A stretch of 58,104 bases of DNA, filler included, from Limisphaerales bacterium (lineage in GTDB: Bacteria; Verrucomicrobiota; Verrucomicrobiia; Limisphaerales; SIBE01): NCBI GenBank assembly GCA_044225505.1. It is 4 parts of 4 records of this genome, joined end to end, with 100 filler letters (N's around TTAATTAATTAA, not from the genome) between each part and the next. Parts side by side here need not be neighbours in the genome. Positions count along the whole stretch, not along the records: positions 30,201 to 44,648 come from JBGAIN010000196.1; 3 more parts are not named here. One strand, written 5' to 3'. Numbering within the stretch: the first letter of the stretch is position 1; each line of letters begins with the position of its first letter. The notes under the pieces are model-generated. The model saw only the letters and a list, made by a program, of their open reading frames with translations. It was not told where the DNA came from and did no database searches. The translations under genes and the position numbers were made by a program. Positions 30,657 to 40,470 of the stretch are shown piece after piece.

Positions 30657-31523
30657 ATGATTGTTATTGTCGGAGCTTTAATCGTTCTGTTCTCCGTTAT
30701 CGGCGGATTCATGATGGGGGGAGGGCACGTAGGCGCGCTCATCCAGGTCTCCGAGTTCATCGTGATCTGCGGTGCGGCCGGCGGCGCTCTCGTCATTATG
30801 TCACCCAAGCGGGTGCTGATTGATATGGGCAAGCAGATCTTGCACGCATTCAAGGGATCTACTTACAGCCGCAAGACGTACGAAGAACTCTTTAAAGCAC
30901 TCTACGAACTCTTCATGCTCGGACGCCGCAATGGAATGATCGCGTTGGAAGACCACGTGATGAATCCCATGACGAGCTCGATCTTCATTAAGTATCCCAG
31001 CTTTGTAAATAATCACCACGCGGTCGAGCTGCTCTGCGGAGGATTGCGCCCGATCATCGACGGCAAGGTGAAGCCCGACCAGTTGAAACTCCTCCTCGAG
31101 ACGGAACTCGAGAGCTTGGAAAATGAGCACCACCAACCGATCGAAGTGCTGACGAAAACTGCTGACGCGATGCCCGGCTTCGGAATTGTCGCGGCGGTGT
31201 TGGGCATTGTAATTACGATGGGGTCCATTGCCGGGCCCATCGAAGAAATCGGACACCACGTCGCGGCCGCGCTCGTCGGAACATTTCTGGGGATTCTGAT
31301 CTCGTATGGCTTTCTCAATCCTCTCGCGGTGAATATGGCGTTTGTCAGTGCATCCGAATTGGCTTACTCGCGATGTATCGCAACGGCGGTCGTCGGTTTT
31401 GCGAGCGGGATGGCGCCGATTATGGCGGTCGAAATGGCCCGGCGCTGTCTTGGGAGCGAGGTAAAGCCGGAGGCGGATGCGCTCGAGAAAATGTTGAAAG
31501 TAGTGGGCGGTGCCAAGGGCTAA
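30657..31523 (+). CDS. motA: Flagellar motor stator MotA
   Basis: RRNGMIALE; ADAMPGFGIVAAVLGIVITM; AALVGTFLGILISYG. Confidence 0.95.
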   Translation: MIVIVGALIVLFSVIGGFMMGGGHVGALIQVSEFIVICGAAGGALVIMSPKRVLIDMGKQILHAFKGSTYSRKTYEELFKALYELFMLGRRNGMIALEDHVMNPMTSSIFIKYPSFVNNHHAVELLCGGLRPIIDGKVKPDQLKLLLETELESLENEHHQPIEVLTKTADAMPGFGIVAAVLGIVITMGSIAGPIEEIGHHVAAALVGTFLGILISYGFLNPLAVNMAFVSASELAYSRCIATAVVGFASGMAPIMAVEMARRCLGSEVKPEADALEKMLKVVGGAKG

Positions 31524-31555
31524 TGGGGGGCGCAGCTGTGCCAAAGTAGACGCAC

Positions 31556-32296
31556 ATGAGTAAGAACAAACATGCCCATCATGGCGGTGCTTGGAAAGTC
31601 GCCTACGCGGACTTTGTCACGGCGATGATGGCGTTGTTCCTGGTGTTATGGCTCACCTCTCAGGATCAGCGTATTAAACAGGCCGTCGAACGCGCCTTTC
31701 GCAACCCTTTTGCTTCCGTCACCAAAGAATCTACCGGCATCATTCCGAACAAGGATGTGCAAGCGGCCAAATCGAGCAGCGGGAATTTTGATTCGGCATC
31801 GGCGGTTGAGTTGACGATGCTCCGGAAAATAGCCGAAGATTTCGTAAAAACACTGCAGAGCAACCCGGAAACTCCCGATCAGGATCCGGTGAAACTGGAG
31901 ATGATGCCAGACGGCATGCGGATTAACGTCTTTGACCGCAGCCACAAACCGATCTTTGAAGCGGATAGCGCTAAATTCACCGAATACGGGTCTTGGGTAA
32001 TTTCCACTCTGGCGTGGCAAGTCGCACGCTTCAGCGGCAGTTTTAACGTGGAGGTCGAAGGACATACCGAACGCGGTCACCAATCTCCGAAGCCGGAGTA
32101 TAGCGATTGGGAATTGTCCGTCGACCGAGCCAATGCGGCTCGTCGCAAGCTCCAGGAGCACGACGTTGCTGAGGCGCAAATCCGTCGCGTCGCCGGGTAT
32201 GCGGCGACGATGCCTATACCAGACTTGGAGCCTCAAGATGAGAGTAACCGCCGCGTCGCTGTCCTCTTGAAGATCAGGCAAGGAAGCCAACTCTAG
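31556..32296 (+). CDS. motB: Flagellar motor stator MotB
   Basis: HHGGAWKVAYADFVTAMMALFLVLWL; OmpA-like EGHT...WELSVDRAN...NRRV. Confidence 0.95.
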   Translation: MSKNKHAHHGGAWKVAYADFVTAMMALFLVLWLTSQDQRIKQAVERAFRNPFASVTKESTGIIPNKDVQAAKSSSGNFDSASAVELTMLRKIAEDFVKTLQSNPETPDQDPVKLEMMPDGMRINVFDRSHKPIFEADSAKFTEYGSWVISTLAWQVARFSGSFNVEVEGHTERGHQSPKPEYSDWELSVDRANAARRKLQEHDVAEAQIRRVAGYAATMPIPDLEPQDESNRRVAVLLKIRQGSQL

Positions 32297-32303
32297 AAGC
32301 ACT

Positions 32304-32597
32304 ATGGCCGCTACATTTATTCCGCTGAGCACTGCTGCTGAAACACCTGCCTTAGACCGATCCCAGGCGGGACCTAGCGCGGCTGCGGGTGGTGCGTCTT
32401 CGTCTCGGCGTTCCTTTTTCTCCCTGGCAGAGAGCCGGCCTGTAGCGTCGTCCGCCTCGATGCAGCCTCCTCCATCGGTCAGTGTGGAGATCAAGGCTGG
32501 ACCTACCCTGGAACTTCACCGCGAGGGCGGGCAAGTGAAGCGCGTCCGGTTGCAGTGTGGCTGTGGCCAGGTGCACGAACTGGAGTGCCTTTACTGA
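32304..32597 (+). CDS. Small hypothetical protein with C-terminal CxC-x3-H-x3-C motif
   Basis: In operon position after motB; low-complexity N-terminus then VRLQCGCGQVHELECLY. Confidence 0.65.
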   Translation: MAATFIPLSTAAETPALDRSQAGPSAAAGGASSSRRSFFSLAESRPVASSASMQPPPSVSVEIKAGPTLELHREGGQVKRVRLQCGCGQVHELECLY

Positions 32598-32773
32598 ATC
32601 CGTCGTTTCGTCTCCTCGACCGCCTTGTCGGCGGTCCTTCGCTTCTTCTGCGGGTGCAAGGTCTTCAACCTTACCGGGCATTTTCTTCTGTGCGTTGCGC
32701 GCTGTGGGCAGCTTGTGCCTCTCACCTAGGTAAGGAGTGCCTGAAACAGACGCCAAAACAGCCAGATTCTCAA

Positions 32774-32789
32774 TGGCACAACCGCTGCT
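32774..32789 (+). promoter_or_regulatory. Putative sigma-54 (-24/-12) promoter for the flgF operon
   Basis: TGGCAC-AACCG-CTGCT matches TGGCAC-N5-TTGCW with one mismatch, just upstream of the flgF GTG. Confidence 0.6.
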
Positions 32790-32801
32790 CGGTGCAGCGT
32801 T

Positions 32802-33548
32802 GTGAACGTCAGTCTGTATCAAGCTGCTTCGGCGCTTAACGCCAGTTCTCGATGGCAGGAAGTCGTCTCGGAGAACTTGGCTTCAAGCTCGATCCCTGGT
32901 TACAAAAGGCAGGACCTTTCGTTTTCCGCAGTGCAAGCCGGAATGATGTCGGGCTCGCAAGGCGCACTCGCCCAACATTTCAGCCTCGCTCAAGCGAATA
33001 CATCGACGAATTTCCAACCTGGTGAGCTTCGGGCCACCTGGGTCAAGACGGACGTTGCCATCGACGGGAAAGGCTTTTTTGCGATTCAAATGGCGAACGG
33101 TGCGACCGCTTACACGCGGGACGGCGAGTTCCAGATCAATGCGCAGGGTGAACTTGTCACTAAACAGGGGCATCCTGTGTTGGGGGAATCCGGCCCTATT
33201 CGCATCAACCTTACGGATCCCAACCCGATCTCCATTTCGGCGACGGGAGAGGTAAGTCAGGGCGGACAAGTGCAGGGTAAACTGCGCATCGTCGATTTTA
33301 ATCAACCGCAGTTGCTGACCTCGACAGGAGGCGGCTATTTCATGGCCCAAAGCCCTGACTTGGTTCCAAATGAAATCGCGAAGCCATCGCTGCGCCAGGG
33401 CTACCTGGAAGGAGCCAACACTTCGTCCGTGGCGGAAATGGCCAATCTCATCACGGTCATGCGCGGTTTTGAAGCGAATCAACGGGTCATCCAAATCCAG
33501 GATGAGCGCATGGGCCGTGCGATTTCTGAACTCGGCAATCCAAGTTAA
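32802..33548 (+). CDS. flgF: Flagellar basal-body rod protein FlgF
   Basis: SENLAS..PGYK; DVAIDGKGFF; YTRDGEF; QGYLEGAN; RGFEANQRV; directly precedes flgG. Confidence 0.85.
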   Translation: MNVSLYQAASALNASSRWQEVVSENLASSSIPGYKRQDLSFSAVQAGMMSGSQGALAQHFSLAQANTSTNFQPGELRATWVKTDVAIDGKGFFAIQMANGATAYTRDGEFQINAQGELVTKQGHPVLGESGPIRINLTDPNPISISATGEVSQGGQVQGKLRIVDFNQPQLLTSTGGGYFMAQSPDLVPNEIAKPSLRQGYLEGANTSSVAEMANLITVMRGFEANQRVIQIQDERMGRAISELGNPS

Positions 33549-33556
33549 CTCGTGTT

Positions 33557-34339
33557 ATGTTGCGCGCCTTATATTCCTCTGCGGCTGGGATGCAATCGCA
33601 GCAGACCAACCTCGATATCATCGCTAACAACCTCGCCAACGTTAATACGACCGGTTTCAAGAAGGACAAGGCGGAGTTCCAAGATCTACTCTATCAGACC
33701 ACCCGCACGCCAGGCGCAGATCAGGGGGGCGGTAATCAGCTTCCGACTGGCGTTCAGATTGGCCATGGTTCTCGCTTGGTTGCCACTTCAAAAGTCTTCA
33801 CCACGGGAGAGTTGACGCAAACGGGAGAGCGCCTGGACGTGGCAATCCAAGGTGACGGCTTTTTCGAAGTCCAGCTTCCTGACGGCACCAAAGGATATAC
33901 CCGGGATGGGGCCCTGAAACTCGCTTCGGACGGCCGAATTACCACGAGCGACGGACTTGTGCTGCAAGGCGGTTTTCAACCGATTCCCTCGGGAACTACT
34001 GCCATCACGATAGCGTCGACCGGTGAGATAACAACGACGGGGCCGAGCGGTAATCAATCGTTCCGCGTCCAGTTGGTTCGATTTGCTAACCCGGCGGGCC
34101 TTCAGAATCTGGGGCGCAACCTGTTCAAAGACACGACCGCCTCAGGGGCCGCAGAACTGGGAAACCCTGGGGAGAACGGCTTTGGTGAACTGCAGCAGGG
34201 ATACCTGGAAATGTCGAACGTCAAAGTGGTGGAAGAAATGGTAAACATGATCGTCGCGCAGCGTGCTTACGAAGTGAACTCGAAGGCCGTGCAAGCGTCC
34301 GACGAAATGATGCAGATGAGTAATAACCTCCGTCGGTAA
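33557..34339 (+). CDS. flgG: Flagellar basal-body rod protein FlgG
   Basis: MLRALYSSAAGM..QQTNLDIIANNLANVNTTGFKK..AEFQDLLYQ; LEMSNVKVVEEMVNMIVAQRAYE. Confidence 0.95.
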   Translation: MLRALYSSAAGMQSQQTNLDIIANNLANVNTTGFKKDKAEFQDLLYQTTRTPGADQGGGNQLPTGVQIGHGSRLVATSKVFTTGELTQTGERLDVAIQGDGFFEVQLPDGTKGYTRDGALKLASDGRITTSDGLVLQGGFQPIPSGTTAITIASTGEITTTGPSGNQSFRVQLVRFANPAGLQNLGRNLFKDTTASGAAELGNPGENGFGELQQGYLEMSNVKVVEEMVNMIVAQRAYEVNSKAVQASDEMMQMSNNLRR

Positions 34340-34350
34340 TTTGTTTTGAC

Positions 34351-35322
34351 GTGGCACTTTTTTCGATGACAACCCCTTTATTAGGTTTAATCCTCTGGTT
34401 GACCGGCCTTGCCGCGTTCGGCGCTACGCAACCGGCGCCCGAAGTGACGGCCTGGCGGCTTCTGCCCCAGGTTCAAGTCCATGCTTCCGGCGTCTACCTC
34501 AACGAACTCATCGAGAATCCACCGCTGCCCTTGCCGCACGTCCGCCTTGGCGCCGCGCCTAGTATTGGTCAGGCCATGACTCTCTCGCGCGCGCAAGTGA
34601 CGGAACTCGTGCGCCAAGCCGTGCCAGAGTTAGTCAATACCAACTGGACTGGGCCGACGCAGGTGCGGGTGGTCCGACGCGTCCGACCTTTGGAAGAAGC
34701 TGAGGTCAAAGATTTGCTAACGGCGGCCCTGCAGCGCGACTACGTCAAAGAGCGGGGCGATGTGGAACTGCGTTTTACGCGACCGTGGCCAGCGACACCG
34801 ATTGCTGACGAGCCGTTTACGCTAAACATCGTGGACCTGCCTTCCGCAGGAGTGTCGGCAAACTTCATTCTACGTTTTGAACTCCGTTCGGATCAATCGT
34901 TGCTGGGCAATTGGCAAGTGCCCGTCCAAGCCCGGGTCTGGCGTGAGGTGTGGGTAACGAGCGCCCCGGTGCAACGCGGTCAACCGCTCAAATCGGCCGA
35001 AATCGTTCGACAACGCCGCGATGTCCTGACCCTGCGCGATGCGCTCCCAGCGGTCAATTTTGACGATCCAGGCCTCGAGTTTGCGGAAAACATCCCCGCG
35101 GGCTTGCCGCTGACAACGCGGTCGCTTCGCCTTCGGCCGATCGTGCAACGGGGCCGCTTGGTCGATGCCATTGTGCAGGAGGGATCCCTGATCATTTCGA
35201 CAAAGGCTGAAGTTCTCGAAGACGGCCTTCCCGGACAATGGGTTCGTGCCCGCAATATCCGGTCTAAACGTGAGTTTCGAGGAAAGGTGCAAAATGAAGA
35301 GACAATCCAGGTGGCGTTCTGA
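34351..35322 (+). CDS. flgA: P-ring formation chaperone FlgA (alternative ATG 34366)
   Basis: Signal peptide; C-terminal SAF-like IVQRGRLV...AEVLEDGLPGQWVRARNIRSKR; position between flgG and flgH. Confidence 0.85.
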   Translation: MALFSMTTPLLGLILWLTGLAAFGATQPAPEVTAWRLLPQVQVHASGVYLNELIENPPLPLPHVRLGAAPSIGQAMTLSRAQVTELVRQAVPELVNTNWTGPTQVRVVRRVRPLEEAEVKDLLTAALQRDYVKERGDVELRFTRPWPATPIADEPFTLNIVDLPSAGVSANFILRFELRSDQSLLGNWQVPVQARVWREVWVTSAPVQRGQPLKSAEIVRQRRDVLTLRDALPAVNFDDPGLEFAENIPAGLPLTTRSLRLRPIVQRGRLVDAIVQEGSLIISTKAEVLEDGLPGQWVRARNIRSKREFRGKVQNEETIQVAF

Positions 35323-35926
35323 GTGGGTCGGGGCGGCGGTTTTGAGCGTGGCTTGCGTCCTGCCCGTGACAGGGCAGTCGTTGTGGAAAGAAAACTCTTC
35401 CACCTCGCTAATTAGTGATAAACGAGCCCGTGCCGTCGGCGATATTTTAACCATCCTCGTGCAGGAAAACCACAGCGCCAGCAAAGACAATACAACTAAA
35501 ACCGCGCGGAGCAGCGGAGTCGATGCGAGTGTTGGAACTTTTCTTTATGCGCCCGCGGCCAGCGGTCTGCTCACGAAGAACGGGCAAATGCCGGCCCTCA
35601 AGCTCAACAGCAAACAAGACTTTAGCGGAGGCGGACAGATCAATAACTCCGAGAAGATCACCGCCCGGATCGCGGTCCGGGTCGTTGACGTCCTGCCGAA
35701 TGGGAACTTAATGATCGAGGGCACGCACCAAACCTCGTTTGCCGGAGAAACGCAGGATGCCATCTTGCGCGGCGTGGTGCGGAGCGAAGACGTGCAGTCT
35801 AATAACACCGTTTATAGTTACAACGTGGCCGATGCCACGATCCGATACTTGTCGAAAGGTAGTGTCACGGACTCGCAGAAGAAGGGGTGGTTTACCCGCG
35901 TGTGGGATAAAGTATCGCCATTCTAA
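35294..35926 (+). CDS. flgH: Flagellar L-ring protein FlgH
   Basis: DKRARAVGDILTILVQE; VVDVLPNGNLMIEG; LRGVVRSEDV..NNTV.S..VADA; GWFTR. Confidence 0.92.
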   Translation: MKRQSRWRSEWVGAAVLSVACVLPVTGQSLWKENSSTSLISDKRARAVGDILTILVQENHSASKDNTTKTARSSGVDASVGTFLYAPAASGLLTKNGQMPALKLNSKQDFSGGGQINNSEKITARIAVRVVDVLPNGNLMIEGTHQTSFAGETQDAILRGVVRSEDVQSNNTVYSYNVADATIRYLSKGSVTDSQKKGWFTRVWDKVSPF

Positions 35927-35937
35927 CTTTTCTTTTT

Positions 35938-37089
35938 GTGCATCGTTTTTCTGTCAGCTCACAAACGCGATCGCGAGCCAGGACGGCAACCGTTGGTCGT
36001 TGGCTTGGACTCGCTCTGTTCGTCACGCTTGTTTTTTCGGTGGAAGCGGGTTCGCGAGTGAAGGATCTGGCCGTCATCTCAGGCGCGCGAGATAATCAAC
36101 TCGTCGGATACGGCCTGGTCGCAGGCTTGGCGAACGATGGGGATAAGAATCTTGTCTTCACCGTCCAAAGCATCGCCAATATGCTGCAACGCTTCGGCAT
36201 CAACGTGCCTCCGGCGACGCTTCAATCCAAAAATGTCGCCGCGGTAATGGTGACGGCGGATATTCCCGCATTTGTCAGAAATGGAACGCGCTTGGATGTG
36301 ACCGTCTCGGCGATTGGCGATGCCAAGACGCTGCAGGGCGGTGTGCTCTTGCAGACGCCGTTAGTCGGAGCGGATGGCAAGGTCTATGCCGTCGCTCAAG
36401 GCGCGCTGGCAATCGGCGGTTTTATCGGCGGTTCCGGCGGTCCGGGCGGAGCTACCGTCCAGAAGAATCATCCCACGGTCGCGCAGATCACTTCCGGGGC
36501 TTTAGTTGAAAAAGAGATCCCGACGGAGATCGTGCACAACGGATTCCTGGAATTGCTGCTGCGGGACCCGGATTTCACCTCGGCGTCTCGCATGGCCGCA
36601 GCCATCAACGGACTTTTCCCTGGCAGCGCGCAGGCGGCCGATTCGACGTCGGTGCGAGTCCGCGTTCCAGAGGGACACGACGGCGCGCCCGTGGATTTCA
36701 TTTCTCGAGTGGAAGCGGTGGAGGTCGTTCCTGATGTGCCCGCTCGTGTGGTTATCAATGAGAGGACTGGGACGATCGTCGCAACCTCGCGGATTCGAAT
36801 TTCCACTTGTGCCGTTTCCCATGGTGAGCTCACGATCAGTATCGCCTCGTCGCTGGATGTTTCTCAACCGAAGGAGCTCAGTCAGACCGGATCGACCGCC
36901 GTGACGCCGCGCACAGATACGCAGGTGAATGAACCGAAAGGGACGTTCATCACGCTCTCAGATATGCCCACCATCGAGAAGGTTGCGGCGGGGTTAAACG
37001 CCATTGGGGTCACCCCGCGCGATATGATGGCGATCTTCCAAGCAATGAAGCAAGCGGGCGCTCTGCAAGCTGAACTCGTCCTTCGTTAG
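35938..37089 (+). CDS. flgI: Flagellar P-ring protein FlgI
   Basis: RDNQLVGYGLVAGL; KNVAAVMVTA; GDAKTLQGGVLLQTPL; VVINERTGTIV; QAMKQAGALQAEL. Confidence 0.95.
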   Translation: MHRFSVSSQTRSRARTATVGRWLGLALFVTLVFSVEAGSRVKDLAVISGARDNQLVGYGLVAGLANDGDKNLVFTVQSIANMLQRFGINVPPATLQSKNVAAVMVTADIPAFVRNGTRLDVTVSAIGDAKTLQGGVLLQTPLVGADGKVYAVAQGALAIGGFIGGSGGPGGATVQKNHPTVAQITSGALVEKEIPTEIVHNGFLELLLRDPDFTSASRMAAAINGLFPGSAQAADSTSVRVRVPEGHDGAPVDFISRVEAVEVVPDVPARVVINERTGTIVATSRIRISTCAVSHGELTISIASSLDVSQPKELSQTGSTAVTPRTDTQVNEPKGTFITLSDMPTIEKVAAGLNAIGVTPRDMMAIFQAMKQAGALQAELVLR

Positions 37090-37091
37090 CC

Positions 37092-37457
37092 ATGCAAGTC
37101 AACCTCTCTCAACGCTCAATTGACGCCTCGCAAATGCCAGTGGAAAAGCTGGCAGGCAATCCGCAACTCTCCCAAGCGCAAAAGTTGACGGAGCTCAGCC
37201 GCCAGTTTGAAGCGGTGCTCGTGCGGCAAATTTTGTCGGAAGCCCAAAAGCCCCTGATTCAATCGTCAGGTGCCGGGTCGGCGGTGGCTGGCCAGGTCTA
37301 CCACGACATGATCACGAACCAGTTGGCGGATCAAATCAGTCACTCTGGGATTGGCTTAGCGCGCGGTCTGGAAACCCAGTTGCATCGTCAAAACGCGGCG
37401 AATGAAGCGGCCGCAGCCAAAGCTCAAACTCCCACATCCCAGGTGAAGCAACCCTAA
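37092..37457 (+). CDS. flgJ: FlgJ-like rod-binding protein (no muramidase domain)
   Basis: RQFEAVLVRQIL...YHDM...LA..IS..GIGLA..L..QL; follows flgI. Confidence 0.75.
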   Translation: MQVNLSQRSIDASQMPVEKLAGNPQLSQAQKLTELSRQFEAVLVRQILSEAQKPLIQSSGAGSAVAGQVYHDMITNQLADQISHSGIGLARGLETQLHRQNAANEAAAAKAQTPTSQVKQP

Positions 37458-37463
37458 GCCGGT

Positions 37464-37961
37464 ATGATCGCATTGATAGAAGAGTTAATTAGCGCTCTCC
37501 GTGAGGAACTCCAGCAATACGGCGAAATGCTCGCCCGGCTCGATTCTCATCAAGGTCTCGTCATGCATCGACAGACGGAGAATCTACTGCAGTCGGTCGC
37601 CGACATTGAGTCCCAAGGTGCTGTCATCCAGGAAGCGCGGCGACTACGGGAACTTCGTCGGGCCGAGCTCGCGCGAGCCCTGGGATTTGCCGACGATGCG
37701 CCGTTCAGCAAGATCGCGCCCGCGTTGCCAGAGGATTATCGTCCGCTGGTGGGTGCCCTCGTGGAGGAGAACAACGAACTGCTCGTGCGGATTCAGCAAC
37801 GATCTCGGCAAAACCATCTGCTGCTGGCGCGCACGGTCGACATGATGCAGCGGTTCATCGGCACACTTTTCCCGGGAAACAGCAGCCCTGTTTACAATGC
37901 CGGAGGCATGGTGTTTGGCCCAGCCCTGGCGCGCTCCTCGCTTTACGACGCAGTCGGATAG
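37464..37961 (+). CDS. flgN: Flagellar export chaperone FlgN
   Basis: Helical 165-aa protein directly before flgK; QNHLLL...YNAGG C-terminal pattern. Confidence 0.75.
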   Translation: MIALIEELISALREELQQYGEMLARLDSHQGLVMHRQTENLLQSVADIESQGAVIQEARRLRELRRAELARALGFADDAPFSKIAPALPEDYRPLVGALVEENNELLVRIQQRSRQNHLLLARTVDMMQRFIGTLFPGNSSPVYNAGGMVFGPALARSSLYDAVG

Positions 37962-37970
37962 AGGATTCAT

Positions 37971-39392
37971 ATGCTTGGATTATTTGGAACACTTCAACTC
38001 GGCGCCCGATCGCTCATCACGCAGCAGCAGGGTGTGGAAGTGGCCGGCCATAACCTGGCCAACGTCAATAATCCTGCCTATGCGCGGCAGCGGTTGAGCA
38101 TCACCACTTCGCCTACGGTTCCAGGAGATTTGGGTGCCCAAGGCACAGGCGTTGAGTCTGCCGCCATCGTCAGGCTCCGGTCTGATATTCTCGATCAGGA
38201 AATCCAAAGCGAGGTTTCCATCCGCGGTTCACTCGAATCTCAGCAGAGCGCGCTGCAGTTTGCGCAATCGAGCTTGGGGCAGGAGCTGGATAGCTCAGCC
38301 GCCGCGAGCGGCGCTTCGGGATATGTCGGTGTCTCTCACAGTTTGGCGGATGGGTATGCCGATTTGTTTGCGAGCTTCCAGGGGCTCTCCAGCGATCCGA
38401 CCTCGTTGTCTGAGCGACAGATCGTGCTGGGCAAAGCGGGCGCCCTGGCGAATCAGTTCAACCAAATCGATCATCGGCTAGACCTGGTCAATACGTCGTT
38501 GAACCAGGCAGTGAAGGACGACACCAACACAGCCAATTCTCTCTTGGCCGAACTCGCCAACCTGAATGATCAGATTACTCGATCGGAGATTGGCGCTCCC
38601 GGATCGGCCAACGACCTTCGCGACTTGCGCCAGAGCAAGATCGAAGAGTTGTCCAAATTAGTGAAGATCGACATCTCGTCCGGTAATAACGGCGCGGTTA
38701 ACGTCTCGATCGGCGGCACCCTGATGGTTTCCGGGTTGGAGGTGGCGGATAAGCTGGAAGCGTACGACACGGGCAGTGGCCAAATCGGACTGCGCTCGGC
38801 AGCGACGGGAACTGCCTTGTTTATTACCGGCGGGAAACTCCACGGCACGATGGAAGCTCGGGATGGTGCCATTGCGGACTTGCGGACCCAGATCAATACG
38901 ATGGCGACGCAATTGATCCAAGAGGTCAACACGCTGCACACGGCGGGCTACAGCCTGACCGGGACGACGGGCGCTGCTTTTTTCAGTGGAACGGACGCTT
39001 CCGACATCAAAGTCAATCCGGCCCTGGTCGACATTCCGGCTTTGATTCAAGCCGCTTAGGTCTCAGGCGCGGTCGGAGACAACAAGGTCGCCCTGGCTTT
39101 AGCTCAGTTAGCGCAGAAGAGTCAATCGGCCCTTAGTAATCGCACATTTGGTGAATCTTATGCCAGCAATGCGACTGCTTTTGGATTGGCTGTCTCCACG
39201 GTAGATAACCAGTTGGAAGATCAGCAAATCGTGGAACAACTGCTCTTGCAGCGGCGCGACTCTGCCAGTGGTGTTTCCCTGGACGAGGAGATGACGGACC
39301 TGACGCGGTATCAGCGGGCCTTTCAAGCTTCGGCCCGACTCATTACCACCGTGGACGAGCTTCTCACCACCGTCGTCAACTTGAAGCAATAG
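37971..39392 (+). pseudogene. flgK: Hook-associated protein FlgK interrupted by one in-frame TAG (39057-39059); nonsense mutation or sequencing error
   Basis: GHNLANVNNPAYARQR N-terminus; the same frame resumes after TAG with VSGAVGDNKVALALAQL...SGVSLDEEMTDLTRYQRAFQASARLI. Confidence 0.85.
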
Positions 39393-39443
39393 CATGGTTG
39401 AATGATTTCCTGAAAACGCCACGGCGTTACTTTCCTTTATCGC

Positions 39444-40379
39444 ATGCGAGTCACTTCCAATACCTTCACGAGTGATCTGCTCGGGCAGCTAAGCATTCTC
39501 AATAATCAGCAGAGCCGACTGCAACGGGAGGCGGCAACGGGCCAGAGAATCTCTGCCCCGGGCGACGATCCCGCGGCCACGGGACGCGTTCTCAACATGC
39601 AGATGGAAGCGACGGGGGTCTCGCGCTATCAAAAGAACATTGCGACGCAGCAGCGCGTCAGCCAAGCCAGTTTTGAGGCCATGCAGTCGCTCAAGAAGAT
39701 CTCGGATCGTGCGGGCGAGATCGCCACCTTGGCCGATGGCCTTAAGTCGCCCCTCGCCATCTCCACCTACGCGAAGGAAGTCGAAGAGTTGACCCGCCAG
39801 GCCGTCGAAGTGGCCAACTCCAAAAGCAACGGCAGCTATTTGTTTGGCGGCACGCGAACGGATCAAGCCCCGTTCACGCTCACGAAGAATCCTGATGGCA
39901 CTCCTGCCAGCGTGACTTACAGCGGCAATACGGACCTGCCCGAGACCGAGATCGCCGAGGGGGTCACGCTGAGCCCGCAAACATTGGGCGCTAACACTAC
40001 CGGGTCTGGTCCGCAAGGATTGCTCATGGACTCTCGGTCGGGCGTCGATCTCTTAAATCACCTCATCTCCCTGCAGCAGCATCTCTCGGCTGGGGATACC
40101 GCTTCCATCGCCAGCACCGACCGGGCGCTGCTGGAGAAAGACGAATCCAGCTTGATTCAGAACCTCGCTGCAACCGGCGCAGTTCAGTCTCGCTTGGAAG
40201 CGGCGGCCTCCGTTGCCCAAGCCCGCACTTCCTCGCTGGAGAAAGCCGTCTCGGGTGAAATGGATGCGGATTTGGCGCAGACTCTCGTCAAGCTTGGCCA
40301 AACCCAGACGGCCTACCAGGCCGCTCTGCAAACGGGCGGCTCTGTCCTCAAGCTCTCTCTGCTCGACTATCTACGCTGA
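39444..40379 (+). CDS. flgL: Hook-associated protein FlgL
   Basis: ATGQRISAPGDDPAA; GSYLFGG; DADLA...QTAYQAALQ...LSLLDYLR. Confidence 0.92.
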   Translation: MRVTSNTFTSDLLGQLSILNNQQSRLQREAATGQRISAPGDDPAATGRVLNMQMEATGVSRYQKNIATQQRVSQASFEAMQSLKKISDRAGEIATLADGLKSPLAISTYAKEVEELTRQAVEVANSKSNGSYLFGGTRTDQAPFTLTKNPDGTPASVTYSGNTDLPETEIAEGVTLSPQTLGANTTGSGPQGLLMDSRSGVDLLNHLISLQQHLSAGDTASIASTDRALLEKDESSLIQNLAATGAVQSRLEAAASVAQARTSSLEKAVSGEMDADLAQTLVKLGQTQTAYQAALQTGGSVLKLSLLDYLR

Positions 40380-40470
40380 GCGATCCGCGGACCGGTCCGT
40401 CTGAACGCTGGCAATAGCCTTTGACGCCCGACCTGCGCTGGAAGTATCTTGGCTTCGCCAGATTTCGCGT

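Noticed and set aside
39057..39059. Amber recoding or pyrrolysine in flgK
   Set aside because: TAG ends many neighbouring genes normally and no pyl genes are visible
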